DNA of 24,677 nt from a virus (taxonomy: Duplodnaviria > Caudoviricetes), in the IMG/VR virus record IMGVR_UViG_3300032087_000962, positions 1 through 24,677 of that record. One strand, given 5' to 3'. The stretch's first letter is position 1, and every line of letters begins with the position of its first letter. Positions 7,111 through 15,121 of this stretch are shown in pieces. The translations under genes were made by a program, and so were the position numbers. The notes beneath the pieces were generated by a model. The model made no database searches, was not told where the DNA came from, and saw only the letters and a list, made by a program, of their open reading frames with translations.

Positions 7111-7118
7111 CAAATATA
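7111..7118 (-). promoter_or_regulatory. Bacteroidota -7 promoter element (TATATTTG)
   Basis: Exact TAnnTTTG; 17-nt context identical to the 2584 promoter; lies at the late/early module boundary. Confidence 0.7.
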
Positions 7119-7129
7119 AAAAATAAAAT

Positions 7130-7261
7130 TTATCTTCCTTGACCTTTGTACTTTTTTTTGTACAATTTAGAAGATTTTATCTTTGAAGATTTGGTTTTTG
7201 CGTGTACGTTAGGTCTTTTAACCTTTTTTTTCTCAATCTTAACGCTTACAATCTTTGCCAC
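7130..7261 (-). CDS. Small highly basic protein, 43 aa, ending KKYKGQGR (MAKIVSVKIEKKKVKRPNVHAKTKSSKIKSSKLYKKKYKGQGR)
   Basis: Translated by hand from a GTG start; the C-terminal Y(R/K)GQG motif is recurrent in phage small basic proteins. Confidence 0.75.
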   Translation of the reverse strand: MAKIVSVKIEKKKVKRPNVHAKTKSSKIKSSKLYKKKYKGQGR

Positions 7262-7322
7262 AATAACCTAAACACACTTTATCTAAAGTGATGTATTTAA
7301 TAAATTTACAAATCAGTTTCAT
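7239..7322 (-). CDS. Cys-rich cationic peptide, 27 aa (MKLICKFIKYITLDKVCLGYCGKDCKR)
   Basis: ATG overlaps the holin TGA (ATGA coupling); fills the gap. Confidence 0.55.
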   Translation of the reverse strand: MKLICKFIKYITLDKVCLGYCGKDCKR

Positions 7323-7747
7323 TTCTTATCGCTTGATGTTCCATAATAGTATGCAAAGATATTTGATATTACAACACCCTCTATCATACCCATTAAATGC
7401 ACAAATAAATCATTTTCAATAACCGATGGTACATAAACCACCGCATAAATAGTAAATACAAAAGCAGCTAATCCCGTAATACCTGTTACAAGCATCATCC
7501 AATCATCGCCACCTGCTTTCTTTATTTCTACTTCTCTTTTTCTTGCACTATCTCGATCCGCTACCTCAAGTTCATATAGTTCTTTTAAGAGCGTTTCTCT
7601 TTCTTCTGAGGACAAACTATCATCTGAATCAATTAAATTCTTTACAACGCCTAAAACACCCCCTTCTGGTAGTATATCCCCTGCAAGGTTTGGCAGCTTC
7701 TTAAATAAAAACTGACCTACTTTAGTTTCTTTAAACTTTTTACCCAT
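7319..7747 (-). CDS. Putative holin (3TM-holin-like)
   Basis: DRDSARKRE motif followed by two TM helices ending FAYYYGTS; directly downstream of the endolysin. Confidence 0.65.
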   Translation of the reverse strand: MGKKFKETKVGQFLFKKLPNLAGDILPEGGVLGVVKNLIDSDDSLSSEERETLLKELYELEVADRDSARKREVEIKKAGGDDWMMLVTGITGLAAFVFTIYAVVYVPSVIENDLFVHLMGMIEGVVISNIFAYYYGTSSDKK

Positions 7748-8123
7748 TCCATCGTGCTTTAGTTCCTCTTATGTCGTAGTGTACAAACTTATTCTTTGAG
7801 TAGATTCCAATACCACCTTCTGACATCTTACCATCTTCGATAAGACCTTCTATTACTTTAGCCAGTTCTTTAGGTTTAAGGCTTTCTACATAAATATCCG
7901 CAGCTTTACCTACGATATGTTGGCTTGTTTTACTTCCACCTACCAATTGATTATGTCTTGGTGAACGATAAGCGTTTGTGATGTGTATTGGTTCTTCTAA
8001 TTCATCTCGTAAGACTTGAAGATTCTTGGCAAGTTCTTGAATGTTCTTAAATTGATTTTCGGTCATAGCCGTACCATCCTTACACTCAAATTCTTTTCTA
8101 CTAAAATTCTTTGTTAGTTTCAT
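7740..8123 (-). CDS. Endolysin, peptidase M15A family (Zn peptidase)
   Basis: NFSRKEFEC, ITNAYRS, SQHIVGKAAD and FVHYDIRG..ARW motifs. Confidence 0.9.
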   Translation of the reverse strand: MKLTKNFSRKEFECKDGTAMTENQFKNIQELAKNLQVLRDELEEPIHITNAYRSPRHNQLVGGSKTSQHIVGKAADIYVESLKPKELAKVIEGLIEDGKMSEGGIGIYSKNKFVHYDIRGTKARWNG

Positions 8124-8413
8124 TTAATCGTATTTATAAATGCTTGTAATTCTTCTTCCTTTACTTCTAGCTTTAACATTAGATTGGCTTGATATTGTCT
8201 TACTGGTCTACCATCTTTTAAAATGATAATTGTAGGTACACTTTTTATCTTTGCTTGAACTTCTTTAGGTTGGTGTTCCAAAAGCGTATAAGAGTATTCA
8301 CAATTTTTAAGATGAAGAATAACATCATTTTGTTTATTCCAAGTAGCATTGATTTGTATAACCTCAACTTGAGAATACATTGTAAACGACAATAAAAACA
8401 CTAACCATTTCAT
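8120..8413 (-). CDS. Secreted thioredoxin-fold protein lacking CxxC
   Basis: Short signal peptide MKWLVFLLSFTMYS-Q; NATWN at the AxWC position; IKSVPTIIILKDG cis-Pro loop. Confidence 0.6.
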   Translation of the reverse strand: MKWLVFLLSFTMYSQVEVIQINATWNKQNDVILHLKNCEYSYTLLEHQPKEVQAKIKSVPTIIILKDGRPVRQYQANLMLKLEVKEEELQAFINTIK

Positions 8414-8682
8414 TTGATTTGGTATAAGCGTTCTTCTATCTTGTCTAACTTCTCACCATTTTCTTCCACTTTGTTTTGTGTGTTCATAATGGTTTCTCGG
8501 ATCAGTTGATCTTTTAAGTCGTATTCTGTCCTTGACACTTCACTTGGTGGAAGTTGTTTAGCTAATTCAATTTCAGATTGCAAAGAATACCACATACCTA
8601 TTACAGTCGCAATACCAACCGCTAAAGCACCTAATGTTTCGATGCTTATAGAAAACTTACTATCCTTTGAAAGTTCTTTCAT
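8410..8682 (-). CDS. Membrane-anchored coiled-coil protein (lysis-cassette associated)
   Basis: One TM helix (TLGALAVGIATVIGMWY) followed by a coiled coil (KLDKIEERLY). Confidence 0.65.
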   Translation of the reverse strand: MKELSKDSKFSISIETLGALAVGIATVIGMWYSLQSEIELAKQLPPSEVSRTEYDLKDQLIRETIMNTQNKVEENGEKLDKIEERLYQIK

Positions 8683-9056
8683 TATTCACTAAACTTGTGG
8701 TTATGGTAGTTTAATCCCATAAATGCGTGAACACCATTTGAATCCTCTGGTATGCTTACCGCATAAGACTTCCAACCGTAAGGATGGTCAGCAAGAACCA
8801 AATCCCCCGATTCAGAAACAGAATCAGACAAATCCCAAAGAACATCAATATGATATTTAGAAGATAATGATGGTGGCGTGATTTCATTGCCATCTTCATC
8901 ATAACTGCCTTCCTCAAGAACAATATTGCCAAGATGGACAATACTGTGCTTGTGAGTAGGATAAGTATTTCCATTTTCATCAGTTTCTACGCCAAGTGCT
9001 TCTATTTTAGAATCTGCTTGGTCTTTGTTATCAAAAGCGTATTTTGCTATTTTCAT
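8682..9056 (-). CDS. Fibre-associated protein (possible tail fibre assembly chaperone)
   Basis: Directly follows the fibre genes; YHIDVLW...HPYGWKSY...GVHAFMG motif; function inferred from position only. Confidence 0.5.
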   Translation of the reverse strand: MKIAKYAFDNKDQADSKIEALGVETDENGNTYPTHKHSIVHLGNIVLEEGSYDEDGNEITPPSLSSKYHIDVLWDLSDSVSESGDLVLADHPYGWKSYAVSIPEDSNGVHAFMGLNYHNHKFSE

Positions 9057-9058
9057 TT

Positions 9059-10267
9059 TTATAAAGTTGTTAATTCTTGAAGTTCTGTATCTGTTAATGC
9101 GCTTTGATAAAATTTCATATCATATAACTTAAACGCATCATCTGCTATAATTAATTTTTCAATAGTAAAAGCAGTTGGTCTTGTATAATCGCTTCCTATT
9201 TGACTTCCATCAACAAAAACTTTTAATGTAGCACCATCAATCTTTAAGGCTAATTTTTTTCTTGTTGATGTTCCCATAGAGATAAGACCACCAATATTCG
9301 CAAAAGATGCCTTACCATCTCTAAATCTAATTTGTTCTGCTGGTGCATCAAAATGTAATCTAATTTGTTCTACTGATGATGAATCAGCTAAATAAATTGC
9401 ACGACCACTTTCAATACCAGTTCTTTCTAAATCAATAAACCAAACCGCAGTACTACTATCAAAATTATTAGATTCTCCCCCATCAGAAGTATCCGAATTT
9501 CTCGTTACTGCACTTCCTTCTGTTGGAATGTAGGATGTGGCATAGCTTCCAGCTTCTAATTGTGCGCCATATATGTAAACACCTTTTGAACCATCGCCAG
9601 TATATGATACGTTATTATCAGCATCACAAACATTTATTTTAGCCAAGTAGGATGTGGTATTTGTTGTACCAGTGGATATACATCTGTACCATCCATTACC
9701 CATATCAACTATACTATTTGTACCAGCCGTAGATGTACCTACTGTACCATTAGAAATATCAAACCAAGTATTTATTTGCCCAGAACCAACACCCGAATTT
9801 TCTAATCTCAATCTAATAAAATTTCTTCCATTGGCTTTAACAAAAACACTAAAAGTATAATCAATACCACTTGTTAAAGAAATACCATCTTGTATTCTAT
9901 GTTCCCCTAAAGATGTGTTTTCTATAAATGCCGCAGCGTTATCTACGCCTTTAGGCGATTCTGCTGAATTAATTGTAATTGTTGAATTTGTTTTTGCCCA
10001 AGCTGCGTTGCTAAAATCTTCACTATAAGGCAAAGAATTAGTCCTTTGCGGTTCAAGTAATAAAGAACCATCACCAGTAAAGTCTATTCTTGGAACACCC
10101 GATTGTACTTCTTCAATTAAACCATTACGATTTACCCTTGTCGCAGTTGTTGCCCTTGTAAAGTCAAAAGGAATTGGCTTGTAATTACCATTTTGGTCAT
10201 TGAAACCTAAAAGAGAACCTTCCTTTGTTGCCCAACTTCCACCTAATTTTAAACTTGCTTCTGCCAT
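9059..10267 (-). CDS. Virion fibre/spike protein with carbohydrate-binding jelly-roll and LamG-like C-terminal domains
   Basis: FDFTRATTATRVN, PRID, LLLEPQRTN, GNGWYRC and GAQLEAGSYATSYIPT motifs; C-terminal ALTDTELQELT. Confidence 0.75.
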   Translation of the reverse strand: MAEASLKLGGSWATKEGSLLGFNDQNGNYKPIPFDFTRATTATRVNRNGLIEEVQSGVPRIDFTGDGSLLLEPQRTNSLPYSEDFSNAAWAKTNSTITINSAESPKGVDNAAAFIENTSLGEHRIQDGISLTSGIDYTFSVFVKANGRNFIRLRLENSGVGSGQINTWFDISNGTVGTSTAGTNSIVDMGNGWYRCISTGTTNTTSYLAKINVCDADNNVSYTGDGSKGVYIYGAQLEAGSYATSYIPTEGSAVTRNSDTSDGGESNNFDSSTAVWFIDLERTGIESGRAIYLADSSSVEQIRLHFDAPAEQIRFRDGKASFANIGGLISMGTSTRKKLALKIDGATLKVFVDGSQIGSDYTRPTAFTIEKLIIADDAFKLYDMKFYQSALTDTELQELTTL

Positions 10268-10269
10268 CT

Positions 10270-12447
10270 TTACTCTATATTATAATTTTGTGCAGTAGCC
10301 ATTCTATTAAAACTACTCCAAGATGTTAAACATTCTAATTCGCTATCTGATAATGCTTCTGTAAAAGTAGATACCATTTTTGTTTTTCCAACGAAGTTAC
10401 CTGCGCCAGCAGCATTATCAAAATTTAATCTATCTAATGTGTTAGCTGAATATGTAGCACCGCTTGTATCTGAATAAACTTCCGTTCCGTTTATCCATAA
10501 AGCAAAATCATTAGTTTTATATTTTAAGGCTACTTTATTAAAATCAGAAGCTAATTGTGTTGAAATATATGTTGAGGATGTTGCTCCACCTACTAAAACA
10601 AAATAATAAATATAACCAGTTGTTATTCTTGTTCCAATAAATGTCCTATTATTAGTTGTGCCATCACTAATTGAAATTAATCTATAATCAGCAACATCTT
10701 CATTTTTAAATTCCGCATACAACACACCCTCAGAATCGTTAAACAAATCACTATTACCAGCGTTGTTACAAGTTTCTGCTGCACGAGTAACCGTTGAACC
10801 ATAGGTAGGTATGTAGGATGTTAGATACCCTGCTTCTATTTGTAATCCATAAATTTTTACATCATTACTTGTGGCAAAACTTGCCAATCTTGACATAGTA
10901 GAACTATTGGCTAAAGCAATAAATGGGACTATTGTTGTACTTGCGGTTGCCGTAATTGTTGTGCCTACACGATACCATCCGTTCCCATAATCTTCAATAA
11001 AAGAATCAACAGAACCAGAACTTGAACCAAGCACACCATTTTCTAAATCATAATTTTGATGAAGTACACCAAAAGCGCCAGAACCAGCAACAAATTGAAC
11101 ATAATTTAAAGAACCTTTTTTAGCAAAAAAACTAAAAGTATAACTTGTGCCAGATGTTGCACTTCCATAATTTCTGTAAATATAATGTGAAGTAGATGCC
11201 CCATTACCAGCTAAACTTGCAGCATTATCTACGCCTTCGGGTGATGTTGAATCATTATCTGTTATTGTAGCGTTGCTTTTAGTATAAATATCAAAATATT
11301 CACTATCTGTTACTAAATTAGTCCTACTTGGTTCTAACAAGAAATGACCATTACCACCTTCATAGTTTATTCTTGGTATGTCTTGTCTATCTGTTGTTTC
11401 TAAATAGTCTTTAGCATCTGATCCTTTTACTAATTGTGCGTCTTGTATGTAGATGTTTCCTGCGGTTGTATCAGGAACATCACCAACATAAATTGCAACT
11501 TGTGTTCCACTTCCATAATCAGCACTAAAAGAACATCTATACCATCCATTAGAATTAGGAATAGCCGAAATATTACTATCAATAACACCAGATGTTGATG
11601 ATGATATTGTACCTGACGATAAATCAAATAAAACATCTTCATCTGTATTTATCATTCTTAAATTAAAAGTTGATAAAGAACCTTGTTTTGCAAAAACAGA
11701 AAAAGTAACATTACCTTTTATACTAAATGTCTGTGCAATATTAGTAAAACCACTTGCAGGTTTAGTAAGCAACCAAGCATCATTTGAACCATCATAACCA
11801 ATTTGACCACCAGTTAAAGTTGTTCCATTGTTTTTTACCCAAGTAGTATCAAAAGTATTTGATTGCTGCACCAAGTTATAAGGTACATCTTCAATATACC
11901 CTTGTTCGTTTACCCTTGTAGCTGACGATGCACGAGCAAAGTCGAAATCTGCGCCAATAACTTCTTTTACCGATACATTGTCGATAGTAAATGAATAATC
12001 ACCAGTACCTGTATTTCTTTCAATAAATACACCATTTGAATTAGAATTAGCCACCCAAAAAATTTCAATATTTTGTAAAGTTTCATCTAATGTAACAACA
12101 CCATTCGTTGTAGTTAAACCACCAATATTAGAACCATTGTCCATAAATCTAACTTGCTTACCATTAGAACCTGATGAACCTTGTATATCTCCTTTAATAC
12201 GATATTTTCTACCGCTTGTGTATGTGGTTGATTGAGATATTTTGGCAAATGCACCACCCACAACTGTAACAGTTGCTTCGCCATTTGAAATGACCGCACT
12301 TGTTTTACTCCAATCACTATCAGTATCAAAACTACCATTAGTAACTAATTCACTACCTAAATTAACTACTGGCTTAACACTATGCAATAAACCTTCCGAA
12401 TAAGCGGTAGGTGTGGTAACTGTACTTGCTTTTGTTAGTAAACTCAT
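10270..12447 (-). CDS. Virion fibre/spike protein, multi-module paralogue of 9059-10267
   Basis: ELVTNGSFDTDSDW...IDNVSVKEV module, FDFARASSATRVN, two NGWYR modules, LLEPSRTN, LamG-like end. Confidence 0.75.
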   Translation of the reverse strand: MSLLTKASTVTTPTAYSEGLLHSVKPVVNLGSELVTNGSFDTDSDWSKTSAVISNGEATVTVVGGAFAKISQSTTYTSGRKYRIKGDIQGSSGSNGKQVRFMDNGSNIGGLTTTNGVVTLDETLQNIEIFWVANSNSNGVFIERNTGTGDYSFTIDNVSVKEVIGADFDFARASSATRVNEQGYIEDVPYNLVQQSNTFDTTWVKNNGTTLTGGQIGYDGSNDAWLLTKPASGFTNIAQTFSIKGNVTFSVFAKQGSLSTFNLRMINTDEDVLFDLSSGTISSSTSGVIDSNISAIPNSNGWYRCSFSADYGSGTQVAIYVGDVPDTTAGNIYIQDAQLVKGSDAKDYLETTDRQDIPRINYEGGNGHFLLEPSRTNLVTDSEYFDIYTKSNATITDNDSTSPEGVDNAASLAGNGASTSHYIYRNYGSATSGTSYTFSFFAKKGSLNYVQFVAGSGAFGVLHQNYDLENGVLGSSSGSVDSFIEDYGNGWYRVGTTITATASTTIVPFIALANSSTMSRLASFATSNDVKIYGLQIEAGYLTSYIPTYGSTVTRAAETCNNAGNSDLFNDSEGVLYAEFKNEDVADYRLISISDGTTNNRTFIGTRITTGYIYYFVLVGGATSSTYISTQLASDFNKVALKYKTNDFALWINGTEVYSDTSGATYSANTLDRLNFDNAAGAGNFVGKTKMVSTFTEALSDSELECLTSWSSFNRMATAQNYNIE

Positions 12448-12617
12448 CGTAATCTACAAATTAATTCGTTCAAAATTTCATCGGTTTCATTGCTATTCTC
12501 ATAATAGCTTACACGCACATACATATCATTAGTGATATTCGGTTCATAGTAAATATCACCCCAAAATGTATCTGATGTTTCACCCCACCAGCTTCTATGA
12601 TATATTTCGTTAGCCAT
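12444..12617 (-). CDS. Small virion adaptor-like protein, 57 aa (MANEIYHRSWWGETSDTFWGDIYYEPNITNDMYVRVSYYENSNETDEILNELICRLR)
   Basis: Translated by hand; SWWG...WGDIY motif; ATGA-coupled to the large fibre gene. Confidence 0.75.
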   Translation of the reverse strand: MANEIYHRSWWGETSDTFWGDIYYEPNITNDMYVRVSYYENSNETDEILNELICRLR

Positions 12618-12771
12618 TTCTTTTTTCTTTTATCATTAACCACCATTTAGTCAAAGTGTAACCAATGGCTACAATAGTTAAAATAATCTTTAAGCCTAAT
12701 TCTATATTAGTAAAATTTAACGCTAATGCTATTGTGTTAATGGCGTATATTTTTATATCGGTTAAATTCAT
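12610..12771 (-). CDS. Small membrane protein, 53 aa, holin-like (MNLTDIKIYAINTIALALNFTNIELGLKIILTIVAIGYTLTKWWLMIKEKRNG)
   Basis: Translated by hand; hydrophobic helices with a basic tail; overlaps both neighbours. Confidence 0.7.
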   Translation of the reverse strand: MNLTDIKIYAINTIALALNFTNIELGLKIILTIVAIGYTLTKWWLMIKEKRNG

Positions 12772-12842
12772 TTCTTTTTTTTCTTTAAGTATTCAGCCAA
12801 TTTCTTTAAATTGATCGGTTTTACTTTATATCTTACTTTCAC
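12768..12842 (-). CDS. Tiny basic peptide, 24 aa (MKVRYKVKPINLKKLAEYLKKKKK)
   Basis: GTGA overlap with the upstream stop and ATGA overlap with the downstream start; fills the gap exactly. Confidence 0.55.
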   Translation of the reverse strand: MKVRYKVKPINLKKLAEYLKKKKK

Positions 12843-13339
12843 AGCACCCATCCTACAAAATTAGCGTCTTTATCGGGATCCATATCCTCATTTGTGTTGG
12901 TGTTGTATTCTGGAAACATATTTTGGTTAAAAGACATATAATCAATAAATCTTCTTGTATAAAAATCTGCAAAGTTTCTATGCTTTTGTGTCAAAAAGTC
13001 TACTTCCTCTTTTGTAGGATTATCAGCATTTTCCGAGCGATGTCTAAACAAACCACCGTTTCTTAATTCGTAACTTGCAAATGGTAAATAATCGACCATA
13101 GCAAAATGTATAAGCATAGGTTGTATATAGTCATTGACTAATGTCAAATAATCACCCGTTAAAGTTCCTGCTATAATATCAGCACTTATTCTATTATAAA
13201 GGTCAGTACCTAAATAGTTTTGAATGTGCATTTGTTGTGCAATCTTGATAAACTGAATAAATTTATCAGTATCTACATTACCATCAATAATGCTATTTCT
13301 TACTAAATCTTCCCTTTTTATAAATAACGCAGTAGCCAT
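12839..13339 (-). CDS. Putative head-tail adaptor/connector protein
   Basis: Follows the portal; helical protein with IDGNVD.DK, AQQMHIQNYLGTDLY and FPEY motifs, typical of Bacteroidota phage head-completion proteins. Confidence 0.6.
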   Translation of the reverse strand: MATALFIKREDLVRNSIIDGNVDTDKFIQFIKIAQQMHIQNYLGTDLYNRISADIIAGTLTGDYLTLVNDYIQPMLIHFAMVDYLPFASYELRNGGLFRHRSENADNPTKEEVDFLTQKHRNFADFYTRRFIDYMSFNQNMFPEYNTNTNEDMDPDKDANFVGWVL

Positions 13340-13342
13340 ATC

Positions 13343-15121
13343 TTATTTCTTGTAATTAGGGTGATGTCCGTTATTGGGCATATCCTTTGGTGCAACTTTA
13401 GCCGTTTCGTATTCTCCACCTTTAGGAATGTAGCTTTTTGGTATTTCTTTTACTTCTTCACTACTTGCTAAAGATTTATCTTCATAGTAAGAACCATCGG
13501 TTTTTTTCTTTAGTCTATAAAGATTCTCATTCCAATAATGCCCACAATTTACACCGCCTTTATATTTGAAAAGCGAATAGTTTTGTCCTTTATGCCCAAA
13601 GGAATTATTTACACCTTGAAAACTTGCTTGATCAATATCTTCTTTGCGATAAACCACACCCCTACCCGTTCTTGCCATCATTCTACGACAAAATGTTCTT
13701 GAATTATTACTTGAATATTTTTCAGCATATTCATAACGAACCTTATAATATGACTTATCTAAAAAACTTGGATCGCTTGGCTTAGATTTGATAAGGTCGG
13801 CTAACTTTTGTAATCCTGTTTTCTTTTCCTTAATCAATTTGTTTGCCCAATCTTCAACAGATTCGTTTTCTTCTGAATATTCTCTTTTGTCTACAAGTTC
13901 CCATTCATCATTAATTACTTCGCCTTGCAAATCTTCTTCTAACGCTTCAAATTCTTCATCCGTTAAGTCGTTTAATTCGCTACTTAACTTTTGACCAGTT
14001 TCTTCTTCTACTTGCTCTTTAGTTAAAGCATTTTCCAAGTCTACAAATTCAAGCGGTTGTAAGGTCTTAAAATATAGATTTAAGGCAGCGTTATTAAAAG
14101 CAAGTACTTTGTCAAAGGCAGTTATTAAAAGGTCTTGAAATGGCTTAATAACGGTGTTATCAAATAAGATAGAAGCAGTCTTTAGTTCGTCTGCGTTATT
14201 TCCTAATCCCGTATTGTCTTTGATGCCTAATAACATTGGCGAAATAATCCTATGCGCTACCATAATTTTACGCATTGATTCATCACTCAAGAACTGATAT
14301 TGATTATGTGCGTCTGATAGTTGTACCGTTTCCATTGTAGCTTGACTATCTGCATTATCCGAGAAACTAAGAATGAATTTACCTGCGTTGCTTGTTCCGC
14401 TAAACTTCTGCTGAATCTTTCTTTCTATAATTTCTTGTGTTTCTTCATCTGGCACTCCGTTATTAAAGGAAATCATCATAGATGGCGCAAGACCATTCTT
14501 GATGTTGTTGAGGTGATAGTTAGATATTTCTTCTTCTAATTCTGCATACTGTAAACCACCTTGATAATCAACGGGCGAATAATAATAAAAACCTGCACGA
14601 TAAGGCTTAACACAAAGTATTTCTATTTCGTCTTTAGAAGTGCCGAACGCACTAAATCGCATTGGTTTGTCGCTTGGCTTAATTTTAGACCAATCATTAA
14701 AATAATAGTAAGCATCTATTTCTCCTTCTTCATTTGCCTTACCTACTCTTAATGTTTCAATAGGAAAGTGTGCAACTTCTATAATTCTTTTGTGTGGCTT
14801 GTCGTAAACTACTTGCATAGCACATTGCCCCATTAATTTTAAATCATAGGAAAGTTTTCTTACGCAATTATCGTGAAACAAAGCCTTCATCATTGCATAT
14901 TCTTCTAACTTCTTTGAAGAATCAGTAGCGTCTAAACCTCTACCAAAAATCATTTGACTGATTCCGTTTATTGCAGCGTTATTAGTAGGTGATGCGTTAT
15001 ATAAATCAATCAAATACTGATAGTAATTATTGTCATCACCATAAGAAACCCATTCATCTCTTTTGTTTTCGGTAATCTTTGGCGCAGTATAAGATGCTAA
15101 TTCAACTATTTTAATGCTCAT
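13343..15121 (-). CDS. Portal protein with C-terminal extension
   Basis: WVSYGDDNNY, SPTNNA, YYSPVDY, NGLAPS, FSGTSNAGK and AHRIISPMLLGI motifs; the C-terminal ~190 aa carry SRTFC...KGGVNCGHYW. Confidence 0.85.
   Translation of the reverse strand: MSIKIVELASYTAPKITENKRDEWVSYGDDNNYYQYLIDLYNASPTNNAAINGISQMIFGRGLDATDSSKKLEEYAMMKALFHDNCVRKLSYDLKLMGQCAMQVVYDKPHKRIIEVAHFPIETLRVGKANEEGEIDAYYYFNDWSKIKPSDKPMRFSAFGTSKDEIEILCVKPYRAGFYYYSPVDYQGGLQYAELEEEISNYHLNNIKNGLAPSMMISFNNGVPDEETQEIIERKIQQKFSGTSNAGKFILSFSDNADSQATMETVQLSDAHNQYQFLSDESMRKIMVAHRIISPMLLGIKDNTGLGNNADELKTASILFDNTVIKPFQDLLITAFDKVLAFNNAALNLYFKTLQPLEFVDLENALTKEQVEEETGQKLSSELNDLTDEEFEALEEDLQGEVINDEWELVDKREYSEENESVEDWANKLIKEKKTGLQKLADLIKSKPSDPSFLDKSYYKVRYEYAEKYSSNNSRTFCRRMMARTGRGVVYRKEDIDQASFQGVNNSFGHKGQNYSLFKYKGGVNCGHYWNENLYRLKKKTDGSYYEDKSLASSEEVKEIPKSYIPKGGEYETAKVAPKDMPNNGHHPNYKK

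Noticed and set aside
8756-12338. Nested minus-strand alternative-frame ORFs (8756-8980, 11430-11642, 12114-12338), including as possible embedded spanins
   Set aside because: Fully inside longer genes with clear motifs; no lipobox or convincing initiation context.
9059-12447. Diversity-generating retroelement (TR/VR) acting on the fibre genes
   Set aside because: No reverse transcriptase in the window and no ~100-bp near-identical repeat differing only at adenines; similarity between the fibres is ordinary paralogy.
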